This document shows positions 25,854-38,818 of a stretch of DNA of 64,000 bases, in pieces. The stretch's first letter is position 1. Every line of letters starts with the position of its first letter. This stretch comes from the human T2T-CHM13v2.0 reference genome, Homo sapiens: the NCBI RefSeq assembly GCF_009914755.1, contig NC_060926.1; one strand, written 5' to 3'. A program made the translations under genes and the position numbers. A model generated the notes under the pieces. The model ran no database searches. It was given only the letters and a program-made list of their open reading frames with translations, and was not told the origin of the DNA.

Positions 25854-28800
25854 AAATCCAGGAGAGAGGTAAGAAAGAGGACAGGGCAGAACAGAGGGGT
25901 ATTCCTGAACCCTCAGGACCTGCGGACCATTGGATCGAATGGAGAGTTGGTGGGATGGAGCCTGGCTGAGCTCAGGATGGCCTGGGCAGTCCCCGAGATA
26001 TGGAGGGGAAGAGGCTGCGGACAGACATAGAGGAACAAATAGGCTGGTTTAGGGCCATTGGGAATGAGAGTTTTCCTTCCCAGAGCTTTGTCTCAAAGAA
26101 AAGAAAATCTGCTCACTAATTAAGGAATTGTGAGTCTTTTTCATATCTTGTCTAAGCATGTGATTTACTGACTTTAGTCACGAATATTGGTAAGTGCCAA
26201 ACTGAAGAAAACTTGTCATTCTTTACCACTCATAGTTGGCATGAAAAATTAAAAAAATCTATTTATCTGTCATAAGATAAATTTTATGACATTCATAATG
26301 ATGAATTCTCCCTGCAATCTGCAGAGCCTCCCACCTGCCTGCCCTGCCTCTCCCTGGTGTTGGGGGATAAGCCTCCCTGGCCAGGCTCTGCCTCCAGCCT
26401 GCCCTCACTGCTGTGGCTTCCTGCAGGGACTCAGGAAACACCTTCTCTCCCTCATACCCGCCCTCCTGTAGGAAACTGTCCTTCACCTCCACTCTGTATT
26501 CTTCAAATTTCCAACTCTTCAGCAGGCTTAGAATTCTTTCTTTTCAACTTTCCTATGTTAAAAAATGTTATCACTGTAAGAAAAATTACAAAATTTTATA
26601 ATTTTTCAAAAGTACAAATAAAAGAGGATTCTCAGAACATATAATTTTGATGAGTTTAATAAATACATAGCGAACTGATCAAGATGGGCACTCCCTGGCC
26701 AGCCCATGAATTCGTGGTTCAGAGTCTTGGCCAGTCCAGGTCAGCATTTGTGACAACTGCCTGGTGTTACTCTGCAGCAGGTGGTCCAGTGACCTCGTGT
26801 TGGGAATTATTGTCCTAAAGTTGTAACATGAATGTTTTTGTTTAAATTTAAAAAAGGTTCTTTTCTTCAATTTCATATTTTATCTATTGAAGCTGCAGCT
26901 CTAAAAACAAACATTTTGGTTGTGCCTATTTTTGGCTTGTGTGTGTGTTTGCGTGTGTAAATTGAATCATATACCAACTATATCCCGTTCTCTAACTAAC
27001 TTCTTTCACTCCATGTCCTTGTGAAAGGCATCCAACTCCCTGAAGCCCCTCCTGTAAAAAGTTTTAGTCAAATTTTCTCCTCAGCTGCAGCGAACTGGAG
27101 GCCCTGTGTGTTTGATAATAGAGATTTCTTGAACTACTTGCAATTTTCACACTAAGGCTAATCTTGGTTCCATATAGTTCTTGATATTTCAGATCGAGAT
27201 AAATAAACATGACAAAGCTTGGCTGGTCAATCTAGTCATAGTTATCTGAGGTGGTATCTTTAATTTTGTTATTTTCCGATAGAATATAACAACAATCTAG
27301 GTTTTCAGTTACTTGTTTATTTAATTCTGGTTTATTGAAATGTTCTTATAAGATTGATTTTCAGAAGGAATTTTAACAATATTTAATAATAGTTAAACAA
27401 CTATAAATAATGTATCAGAGTTTATTACATGAATTTATACTTATACATGTTATAATTTAAGACTAATGAGATGAAAATACTACAATAATTATATGAATTC
27501 ACAGATATCTGGTGATCTTTGTATATTTTCATGTTTATTTATTAAATGTCCTTCCTTTACTGTTTCAATTATAGACTCTCCCCTTAAGTGCAGTTTGGGT
27601 ATTAATAAATCCAGAATTTATTGTGGAAGAGAGTAAATCCTTTGATACTGGAATGATGGAAGCTGTTTTGGCAAATGCAGATCATCATTACAGAGCATTT
27701 TCCAGGTGCTCCTGAAAATATCCTCCTGTAGGGACGGCAGGGAGTTGGAAAATTGCAGTTTTCTTTCAAATGGCTTCATGAATTTTCTTTAATGTTTAAT
27801 GGTATGTGTGTTTTTGTTTTTCTTTTTAATTATATCAGGGAAAAGGCGTTTGGATTCTAACATTTTAATGAATGAGTGATTTTTTAGAAACTAAATACTT
27901 CAATGCCCAGAATTGTTCCCTGAAATGTGTACAAACCACTTCCAAAGGTTGTAAAAGCAATAATGAAAAATTCCCCAGTTTATGGTCTCAAAGAAAGGGT
28001 CATGGCAGTTTGTTTACAACCGACCCAATTAAAATGAGAAGGCGATGTGAAGTTATTTCCTCATGTAAATTACATGAAATCCTAGCGACACAGCTGTTCT
28101 GCAATGGGAGAGTGGGGATTTCTGTAGCGTTGAAACCTCTTTTGTATTTAAGGTGTCTTGCAGCTCCATCTTCTCATTTCAAATTCTCCTGCTGGCCTTG
28201 TGAACAAGGGTTTATGGAAATTTGAGACAGAGTTTCAACAAAATCAAAATGCATATCAACCTTTAGTCATCTACTTTTCCAAAAGTACATTAATGTATTT
28301 CCCTTTTCTTTATTTACCTGAAATAAAATTACTATTTATTTGACAAGATAACTACTAACCATTTCTCTTAGGTAAAATCACTTAAATATTATATAATTTA
28401 CTGGAAGGTTACGGCATACCACAAACAAAACCAAATATTTCTATTCTACAAAACAGAGTAGTTTCAAAACCATATATGAGAAGTATTTTGTGCTAGGATA
28501 TGCCATGAAAGGAAGACCTTTGGTCCAGATTTCAGAGGCTGAATTTCTTATCCCAACTGTCCTAAGCGTAAATAAGTCACTGAACTTTAGTTGGGCACAG
28601 TTCTTGTCAGCAAAAAGTTGAAATTTATCTAGGTTATCTCTATATTCTAGTCCAAGACTTTATGATTATAAGTTAATGTGAGGATGGAGCCAACCATGTC
28701 CTTTTTTTTTTATTTGGAAATTTTTGTCTGACTTTGCGTGAAAAGTAGCTTGGTCACAGGAACACCCGGCGTTCCTCCATTGATGAGGAAACGTGTCTGT

Positions 28801-30430
28801 CTTCACCGGTTCCTCCACTTCCTGTTCCCTTCACTCTCTTCCCTGGGTCGGGCCTGAGCTCCCAGATGCTGGGATGTGTCCCCCTTCCCTCCTCAGGCCG
28901 CGCATCTTCCACCACCATCTCCCAGGTGTGTCCTTCACGAGCAACCGCTACTGAAAGACGCCTGACCCTCGGCTGCCCATGGGACGGTTCTTTTCTTCCC
29001 ATGGCTGATATTTTATGATCGTATTCCCTATGGTGTCAGGATTCACTAGCAGATCTCGGAAGTGAAGCTAGGACTTTTGGCCAGTATTTGAGGTGCTTCC
29101 AAACCCGCTGGAGAGGCTGGAGGGGCAGGTCTGGGCTGCTAGAGCCTTTGTTTCCTGGGTCAGTACCTGGCCAGCACCTCAGCCCCTGGGTAGCCTCCGT
29201 GCCTCATCAGGCAGACAGGGAGCTAAGCCCCGGCGCTCTGCTTCTGTGGAACTCCAGGAGCAGGAATATGGGGGCCGCCATCTTGCTTCAGAGCCTCATA
29301 GAGGCTGCCCGTGTCCCAGGGGCACTCCCCGTGAACACACCTGTGCTTATTCTGGGCGGACCCAATGTGTTTATTTTTACATACCTGCCTAACTGGCAGC
29401 ACATTTGTGAGTGGCTGAAAGAAGATTGTATGGACTGGCAGTGCCTAAATTGGTGGTGCTCAGATAATACACAGAACCGGACATTCAGTCAAAATTGCTC
29501 AGCGAAGCCTGAGCAGGCTCGCTTCCTCAATCCACAGACAGAGGGCATCCGCTGGGTTTCATTTCCTGCCTGGGGGTTTCTTCTGGCCCAGCAGGTCTCA
29601 GAGCCCCCAACTGGCAGCGGCCACAGGGCAGCAGGGGCCATAGAGCTAACTCGTGCAGCTGGTTTTGGGCTCAGCGAGGGGCGGTGAGCGGGACCCGCCT
29701 GGCTGGCACTTACTTAGTCCATTCCTAGCCCTGGAATGTGGAGTCTATCATCATGAGACAGCCACCTCTCTAATTGCACTATTATTCCCGACTTCTATTG
29801 GGTCCTGACTAATCCAAATCTGAAAGGAGAGTTTATTTTTATGTGAAAGCGTCGAAGGTTCAGGGACGGTGTCTGTTTTGTTCTCAGAGCTCCTGGCCCT
29901 TCTCAGAGACGCTCTGTGGTGGTAGGTCATCAAACATAGGGGCTGAAGAGCGAATGAGAAGTAGCTGGCCGTGTGGATGCCTGTGACTTTGCCCACTTGA
30001 AAAACCTGGGCTCTGCTTATCTTTCTCAGCCGTCTATATGCTCAATAAAGAATTTAATCTGTTTCATAACAATTCTAATTATGACATAAGGCAGAAAAAG
30101 GTCACATAATTTGGAAACCAGGATTTCCAGATGCGTAAGCCTCCACTGGGCTCAGGGTCTGTTTGATCGACTAGCTACATCCAGGTCTGTGGTTCTGCGG
30201 AAGGCTGTTTCAGAATATTTGAGGATGCATACAACCAGGAAATTTATTTAAAACAAAGAAAATGGCGCTTGTGTTATATATGACGAAAAATTGTAAAACT
30301 TGAGGTCATTCTATAAAAAGCCGTCCTGACTTTAGTACTTTTCTACAAATAAACGTGTTTTTACAACGCTGTCCCACCACAGCATGTACACAAGGTGGGC
30401 CCATCACGCCACATCCCTGCCCCTAGGACG

Positions 30431-30484
30431 CTGAGAAACATTTTAATCAATCCTGACACTGAGAAACATTTTAATCAATCCTGA
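30431..30484. repeat. 28-bp tandem duplication
   Basis: ctgagaaacattttaatcaatcctga at 30431 and 30459. Confidence 0.92.
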
Positions 30485-30827
30485 AGTTTCCACATTTTGA
30501 AGCAACTGTTTTAATTATTCTCTTAAGGGCTGGCAATAGGCGAGACACCTGTTTTCTAGTTCAGGGTTAAAAATAGCTTGAATAGCTGGTGTTTGCGAAG
30601 GATTTCACAGATTTCCTGCTGTTTCAGCCGAGCCACACATTTCCCTTGAGAAGTAGACAAAAAAATGAATGTGTCCATTTCAGTCATGGAAGAAACGGCG
30701 CCTTCCAGTCACCAGATAGACGGGAATCTCATCACGCTCAGGCCTTCCAACACCCAGCTGTCTATTTTTCACCATGGAGGTTATCTCTGATGACTGTAGC
30801 CCCTGATCTTCATTCCTCATCTGTTAA

Positions 30828-31155
<328 letters not shown>

Positions 31156-32209
31156 CTGAGGGCCTCTAAGGTAGCGTTTCACTCGCTAGGAATTTCCAGT
31201 CTCCTCCGAGTTCCGAAGGTTCGTTCACGGGACCGTGAGCATCTTGCCTTCATCCTTCTTCACTGTTAACCAACCCTTTACTGTGTGACTATTTCACCGT
31301 CTATTTATTTTTCTGGCAAGGATTTTTTTTTCTGCCTGTTATTGGATCCCTAACTCACACTACAAACCAAAGCCTACGTTTTAAATGAAATATTTTAACA
31401 TTTTGAATAAAATACCAGAAACTATTCAGAACCACCAATGACATCAGATGTACTGGCTGCCCGGCTCCCTTCTGCACTTGCCCCTTAATAAATTCCTTTA
31501 ATCCTCGAAACGATCCCGCAGAGGGATCCTGGCATTATTTCGTCTTAGAAAAACTGAATTCGAAATGCAGAGAGTTGAACCCACGTGTCCAGGTCTGGTC
31601 TGCGATCGGCAGGCGCCCCAGTGTCCCCATCAGGCAGCTGCAGGAACCCGTCCTCCCTCCCACCTGGGCCCTGGGAGGCTGTGCAGATGCGTCTGGAGCC
31701 GGCAGGGAGAAATCCCTCTCCAGCTTCTTCTCTTCCTGGGACTGCACAGGCTCCTCTAGGGTCCCCGCGGGCCTGGCCCCAAAGCCTCCTCCTGTTCACC
31801 CTTCCTGGCAGCCCACCTGCCAGGGAGAGCAGCTCCTGAGCTATGGGGAGTGGAGAGGCCCTCCCCGCCCCGCCCGGAGCTGGCTCTGTGGCCCCTGCAT
31901 GGGTGGGGGTGGTGCTCTGTCCGCTCAGCAGGGGCACCCACCCGGGACAGAGAACAGGCGTGTGAATGAAAGATAACTGGGCTTTTCCTAAACTGTTTAA
32001 AAGTAAAGTACCATTTACACAAAGAACCCGGTCTCGAGATTTGTAAGTGACGCCTGTCCAGACAACGTATTATTCCATGCAGTTTCCACATCACGTGGGC
32101 TTTTATTTGGTTCAGCAGTGGCCACAGTAAGCCCTGCCCTGGGGCATTAGCTGGTGCCCTTGTACGCGCACAAACCAAGCATTTTATTGCATAATCCAAA
32201 ATGATGTAG

Positions 32210-33125
32210 CCTGTGGCCTGTCGGGAGGCGCTCCCTTCTTGTGGAGGAAGGAAGGTCAAGAAGGAGCTCCCGGCAGACCAGGGTTCGCTGCGCCCAGAGA
32301 CCTGCCCAGAGACCTGCTGCACGCCGGGGCGCAAGGCCGAGTCATCCCAGGCGTCCGTGGGCCGTGATTCCCACTCACGCCGGGGGCCCAGGCAGGCAGA
32401 GAAGAGTTAATGAGCGCGCAAGTGCAGGCGGTCACTCCTGGGCCTGAAACTCCCGCGCTGTGCATTCAGGGCCCTCGTGGCTCTCAGAGGCGCGTCCCAG
32501 GGGCGCACACTGCACCTTGGGCTGGGCAGCTCCGCCGGGTTGTGGCGAGCGGATGAGGGAAGGACGCAGAAACCAGGGCGGAGGAGCCGCGAGGGGCAGG
32601 ACGAGGCTGCATGGGCCAGCGAGGGGGTCGACACCGAGCCAGAGTGAGCGCGGGGCCTGGGGCGCAGAGCCCGCCCAGGGAGCCGGGAGACGCCGCGCAA
32701 GCTCCCCGGACAAACGCAATGACCGAGGACGCGCGGGCGAGGCCGTCCAGGGAGCCCTGGTCCCTCAGCTGCACCGGACTGAGCCGCGACCGCTCAGCAC
32801 GCGCTGCTTATAAATCAGGGGTGCGCTTCCCAAGCCCCGGGTGAGGTCCCCTACGTCGGCACAGCCTTAGGAGCTGCAAAGCAGCGCGCGCCTCCGGGGC
32901 TCCTGCGCGCCCCTTGAACCCCGCCTCCCGCATCCTCCTGCAACAGCCTGGAGCTCCCTGTGCAGGACGCAGCGGGGGGCGGGGGGCGGTCTTAGGAGGC
33001 TGCGGGGCGCACTCCCACCTCCTGCCTCCCCGAGACCCCCAGCGCCTTCTCCAGGGTTTAGAGCGGAGGTGAAGGGGCCTCGTCCTGCACCGCCACTGGG
33101 CGCCTGGGCTGTTCATCATCGGTTA
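32210..33125. promoter_or_regulatory. CpG island with a CpG-rich shoulder to about 33690
   Basis: High GC and dense CpG in non-repeat sequence, contrasting with the CpG-depleted background. Confidence 0.9.
32776..32990 (-). promoter_or_regulatory. Candidate Pol II core promoter (TATA-like box, Inr, GC boxes), predicted TSS about 32780
   Basis: Minus strand TTTATAAG (32807-32814) lies about 32 nt before an Inr-like CTCAGT. GC boxes at about 32919-32929 and 32974-32989. Confidence 0.5.
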
Positions 33126-35381
33126 CCGCAGATTCATAGGAACTCCTCAACACATTGGCTCGGAAATGTACAGTCATAGGCAATTTATAAAACTGACAAA
33201 AATTATTCCGCTAATGCCAGGAATAACGGAGGATATTCAGAAAGAAAAACAGGAATATTTTCTTGTGTAAATAATAGATAAAGAATAAAAAAGTAAATGA
33301 GCGTAATCCAGCAGCAATCCCCTTAGGGAGTAATAAAACCCGAAAAGTCCAATTTGCGCAGCAAGATCCATTAGGCAGGAAGTGAGGAAGCCAGACGCTG
33401 TCCTGCGGCCCTGAAGCGGGGAACTCACTGTGGGAGTTTGATGCCTCAAATCAGGAGCTGCGGAAGGAAGAAATTTCAACGTTTCGTTATTATGCTTCAG
33501 TTCAGTGTGAGCAGGCTTTGTATCCCAGGTAATTTCTTTAAACCTGCAATCGCGCAGAAAGGCCAGGCACGTGTCTCGGAGCCGTTTCCGTCAGACCCGC
33601 CTGCGAGGTGCAGCCCTGGGCATCGCGGGCGGAGCTGGGGCCTGGGAGGGATCCCTTGACCCTGAGCCTCGGCCTGCCTGGAAGTCGGCATGCTTTGTGA
33701 ATTCCCAAATTCTCAGGCTTTAACTATGCCGCTTATTCTTATTTTATAGGTAACTTTTCTGTAAAGGTGAATATTGTATTGAAAACAGTTATTTTTTTTA
33801 AGCCTCAAACATAAATTTAAATCATCATCATCATCAATATAAATTTAAATATAAATTTTAATCTCATAAATTGAAATTAATATCATGATGGTGCTGTAAG
33901 CCTTGCACCTATTATCTAAAAGAAGAAAATTGGGGGCGTTTAAACTCTTATCTTTACCGCAGTGGACCGTTTTAATGATAACTCTCACCTGGTATTACTG
34001 ATTGTGAGCCTGGATTTCAGGGACTGTAACTGCGGGCTCTGTGTGCACATTGGGGAGCCTCCGCATGGGTGAGTTCAATGCTCTGTTCTTCGTGCTGAAG
34101 GTGGAACTCATATGCAATGGCGTTTATTTTTCCCCTGACGACTATAAATTTTCCCTGATAATCTGGGGCCAGAGTCCACTGGTGCAGCAGGTGGGATGCG
34201 GGCGGCGGATGGAGTCCCTGAGCTGGGGAGGACTGTGCAGCTCCCTCGGTGACGCTGAGCCCGTCTGGGCATTCATGCGATACGCAGCGCTCTTTACTGC
34301 GGGTCCCATCTACAATAATGTTTATCCCGCAGGTGTTTAATTCTCATAGCACAGCTAGGCTAGCAGAGTTTTTAAGGTAAATTAACCAGAATAGACATGA
34401 TCATGATAAATTCTCTGTCTTGTTCAATCTGCTATCAATGTGCCCAATTGTATAATGATGTCTACCAATGTCTTCCCAGGTTTCCAAAACGGCTCACGAA
34501 AATGAGGTGTACACTCATTTGGCTTTGTCCGGATTGTAAAAATATACCTGCACACCTCACCGTGTTTGACTTTTTCAAATCCAGCGGTGTGATTTGACAA
34601 TCTGATGAGTTAATTTTTCTCCTTGTGCTTTCCTTTAAAAAATGGCCTTGGTAGGAAAGACACATAAAATTACACTGCACATCTTAATAAACTATTTCCG
34701 TTACTAAATGACTCAGCATTAGAGTTTGCTGGGGTGCAGGTATGCATTTTAAGAATGACAGTGTTACTTTATTATTTACCTGTAGCATGGGAAAATCCTT
34801 CGGGAACACAAAAACTGGGCAGTTAGGATATATTTTTGTTTATTATATTAGTTGTTTTATGAACATGAGTGTTTCCTATATGTTCAAAAGAGCTGGAATG
34901 TGGGCTTATTATAATCTCTTTTATAGATCAAATTTATAGCTGTCTTCAAATAAAAGTTTGTGGAACAATACAATTTATTGAGCATACACACTTCCTCTTT
35001 CAGTCTCTGATCCCAAACAGATATCAGGAAAGGATCAAAGCTAAAAATAAATGAATGCCTGGGAAGTGCCAGAAGCAGGCAATGCCACATCTTTCTCAAG
35101 CTCCACAATCACAAAGACAAGCCCTTGCATTCTGACTGCCTATCTGCAAGAGGACAATGGAAAATTATAAATATAAAGTTACATTTAAAACTATCAGCAC
35201 TGAAGAAAGGCGCACCAGGATGTCCACTTCTCTGAGATGGAGCTGCCGCATTCCTCGCCGGGGTGCCCCTTAAACTGAAACACCTTAGACATAACCACAA
35301 GCACTTCTCCCAAAGGGGAGAAGAAAACAGGCAGCCTCGGGACCTCAGAAGCTGAGGAAAAACAGAGTTGCCCCCTGACCC

Positions 35382-35590
35382 TGGAGCTCCCATCCACCCA
35401 GAACAAGTGAGTCCCTGCTCTCCTGCAGCTCCCAATCCACTTAGAACAGGTGAGTCTCTGGCCCCCTTGCAGGTCCCAATCCCCCCAGGACAGGTGAGTC
35501 CCTGGTCCCCTGAAACTCCCATTCACCCAGGACAGGTGAGTCTCTGACATCCTTGCAACTCGTTCTATCCAAAACAGGTGAGTTCCCTGA
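35382..35590. repeat. Diverged 42-43-bp tandem array, 5 copies, each with acaRgtgagt
   Basis: ctccca.tccacccagRacaggtgagtc.ctg repeated. Confidence 0.85.
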
Positions 35591-36619
35591 CTGCCTATTT
35601 GTTATCATAGATTCCAGACAGGAGCTGCAGAAACTCTAACCAAACTACTAGTGCCCACAGGCACAAAAGCTTCAAGGAAAGCCTCCTTCCTTTGTCAAAG
35701 GCTTGGGCCAAGGTTGCCTAACCATAGAAAACAAAAGGCAGTATTGTTCTACTTCAGAAAACATAAAACATTGGTTTTAGAGGGTAGAAGAGAAAGCTGA
35801 TCTTCCACTTCTCTCTTTGCCTCTGGTGGGGTGGAGTTGGGCAGAGTGGGGCCCGAGTCTGCATCCCACCTTGAGCAGAAGCAGAAAGCTCTGATGCCTC
35901 CCGGGGTCTGTACTGCAGAAGCGAGGACGGCCTGGTCTCCCATCCCCTTCACATGGAGGCAGCAGTGCTTTGGTTCCTCCCCCAGAGTAGTGTCAGTGGG
36001 GTCCATCCTCTCCCAGCAACAGTGGGATCTAACAGGCAGTGTGAGGTAGTGGGTCCGAGCACGGAGCCGAGCTCCCACCCCACCTGGTGTCTACAAGGCA
36101 GAAGGTGGTGGTAAGAGGTGGTAGCTGGCTCTCTGCTGACCTCCCTCTTCTCTTTGGTGTCAGCGAAGCCCGGAAGGAAAATGATTTCACGCCCCACTTG
36201 GAGGCACCAAGGGGATGTGGTCAGTGGCCTTTTGTGATGACGTCACAGGGTCCCAGTGGGAAGCTGGACATAGATCCCCACCTGGCCAAGCTATGCCTCA
36301 GCAGGAAAACTGCCTGCCAGCAAAGCAGATAAGAAGGTGCAGACTCTACTCATATAGTAAATTGATAATCTCCTACGTATAATAGATAGTCTCCCACTTA
36401 TTGTCCAGGATGCAGTAAAATCACTTACCACATTAAAAGCAGCAAAATTATAACATAAATGAGGAAAGACAACAAATACTAATAGTGAGATGGCTGGATG
36501 CTGGAGTTATCTAGCAAGGGCTCTCAAGCAGCAATATAAATATGCTTCAACAAACATTTATGAATTACCTTGAAACAAATTAACAAATAGAAAGCTTCAG
36601 GAAAATCTAAAAACTATAC

Positions 36620-36935
36620 ATTGAGCATCACATGACATGCTGTGATAATTTTTTTCTTTAACTATCAAATATAATTTAAGAGGCTCTTCAGAAGCATAAT
36701 AGTCTATATATTTACCCCTATTTTTATCCATTCCAATGTTTTTTTCTTTCCTTTCTGAAGTTCCCTTTTCCAGTTATCATATCCTTTCTGTATGGAGAAT
36801 GTCCTGTAGCAATTTTTAAGGGCAGGCTCAGGCTTGCTATTGATACGTTAACTTAGATTTTCTTTTACTTGAAATATTTTTATTTTCCCTTGAAATTTTT
36901 TTTTCACAGAATATAGAATTCTGGGGAGACAGTTT
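36620..36935 (-). mobile_element. Antisense L1M ORF1 C-terminal fragment
   Basis: Reverse strand reads aactgtctccccagaattctatattctgtg...cctgcccttaaaaattgcta. Confidence 0.6.
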
Positions 36936-36956
36936 CCAAGTGCTGAAAAGAAAAAT

Positions 36957-37020
36957 ACTCCAGCCTGGGTGACAAAGTGAGACCCTGTCTCAAAAAATAA
37001 AAAAATTTAAAAAAGATAAA
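36957..37020 (+). mobile_element. Alu 3'-end micro-fragment with A-rich tail
   Basis: actccagcctgggtgacaaagtgagaccctgtctcaaaaaa. Confidence 0.85.
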
Positions 37021-37845
37021 AAGAGAAAAAAAACCTGTCTGTCCAGAATTCTAAATCCAGTAAATGTAATAGACTGCTCTGTTTCTCAAGGGTTTCTTAA
37101 TCACTTTTAACAATTAAAGTAAGATGTTATACTATCTAAGGTGGTGTTTAATGTATGTGGAAGAAATGTTTAGGACAATTATATTTTAAACTTGGGGAGA
37201 GTAATGGGATTTAGGTGGAAATAAGATTTCTATACTTCACTCAACATCCTAAACATGTGTTCTAAACTGTGATAAGTTGTGTATGTATATTGTAATACCT
37301 ACAGCAACAACAAAGAAAATTATACCAAGTTGTATACTCAAAAATCTATAAATAATTAAAAATAGAATCCCACAAAGGGACTCAACTATCTAAAAGGAAG
37401 GTAAGAAAAGAAAAATATAGAAAGGGAGAATAGAGGAAAATGATAAATAGCAGACAAATGATAAATAGTAGAATTAAGCCCTAAAAATATCCTAAATACC
37501 CATATTGTGAATGGCCTAAATACACCAATCAAAAGAGAAGTTATCAGAGTGGATAAAAACATATGTTCCAACAATAGGCAGTCTATAAGCAACTCACTTC
37601 AAATACAACAATATAGGTAGGTTGAAAGTAAAAGTATGGAAAAGGGAATGTTAATTTTTTAAAAATGCAGAAGTGGCTAAATTGATATTAGATAAGGTAT
37701 ACTTTAGAGCAAAGAAAATTACTAGAGACAAAGAGGAACATTACATTATTATAAAAGTATTAGTCCACCTGTAAGATATACGCAACAAACATGTAAGCAC
37801 CAAACAATAGAGCTTCAAAATATATAAAGCAAAAACTAATAGAGC

Positions 37846-38005
37846 TGTTGTTGTTTAATGCATATAGAATTTTACTTTTGCAAGATGGAAAAGTTCTGGA
37901 GATTTGTTGCATAACAATGTAAATACACTTAATATTACTGAGTTGTACAATTGAAAATGGTAGAGATGATTAATTTTATGTTTTTTTAACCACAATTAAA
38001 ATGTT
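37846..38005 (+). mobile_element. L1MB (L1MB3-like) 3' end inserted in the older L1
   Basis: gttgtttaatg...ttttgcaagatggaaaagttctggagat...accacaattaaaa. Confidence 0.8.
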
Positions 38006-38335
38006 ATAAACCTGAGAGGAGAAATTGGCATATCCACAATTATAGTTGAGGACTTCAGCATTCCACTCTCAGCAATGATAGAACTACTAAACAGAAAACT
38101 GGTAAGGAGATAGAAGAACTGAATACCATAGTTGTTCAACAGAATTTACTTGGCATAATATAGAACCTTTGTATTAGTCAATTCTCACATGGCTATAGAG
38201 AAAAGCCTGAGACTGAACAATTTGCAAAGAAAAGAGGTTTAATTGGCTCACAGTTCTGCAGCCTTTACAGGAAGTGTAATGCTAGTATCAACTTGGCCTC
38301 TGGGGAGGCCTCAGGAAACTTATAGTCATGGAGAA

Positions 38336-38712
38336 TGTGATGGTCTATACAGAGTGTCAACTTGATTGGATTGAAGGATGCAAAGTATTGATCCAAGGTG
38401 TGTCTGTGAGGGTATTGCCAAAGGAAACTGACATTTGAGTCAGTGGGCTGGGAAAGGCAGACCCACCCTTAATCTGGGTGGGCAAGATCTAATCAGCTGC
38501 CAGCACGGCCAGGATATAAAGCAGGCAGGAAAACATGAAGAGGCTAGACTGGCCTAGCCTCCCAGCCCACATCTTTCTCCTGTGCTTGATGCTTCCCACC
38601 CTTGAACATCAGTTCTTCAGCTTTGGGACTTGGACTGGCTTCCTTGCTCTTCAGCCTGCAGACAGCCTTTTGTGGGACCTTGTGACTGTGTGAGTTTAAT
38701 ATGTCTTAATAA

Positions 38713-38778
<66 letters not shown>

Positions 38779-38818
38779 CCTATTAGTCCTGTCCCTCTAG
38801 AGAATCTTGACTAATGCA
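38336..38818 (+). mobile_element. MLT2A (HERV-L) solo LTR
   Basis: tgtgatgg...gtgtcaacttgattggattgaaggatgcaaagtattg...ctctagagaatcttgactaatgca; TSD gagaa/gggaa. Confidence 0.92.
38715..38778. repeat. (AT)n microsatellite inside MLT2A
   Basis: About 28 uninterrupted AT units. Confidence 0.97.

Noticed and set aside
32213-33119. Overlapping Arg/Pro/Gly-rich ORFs in the CpG island
   Set aside because: Expected from high GC content; no recognisable protein family
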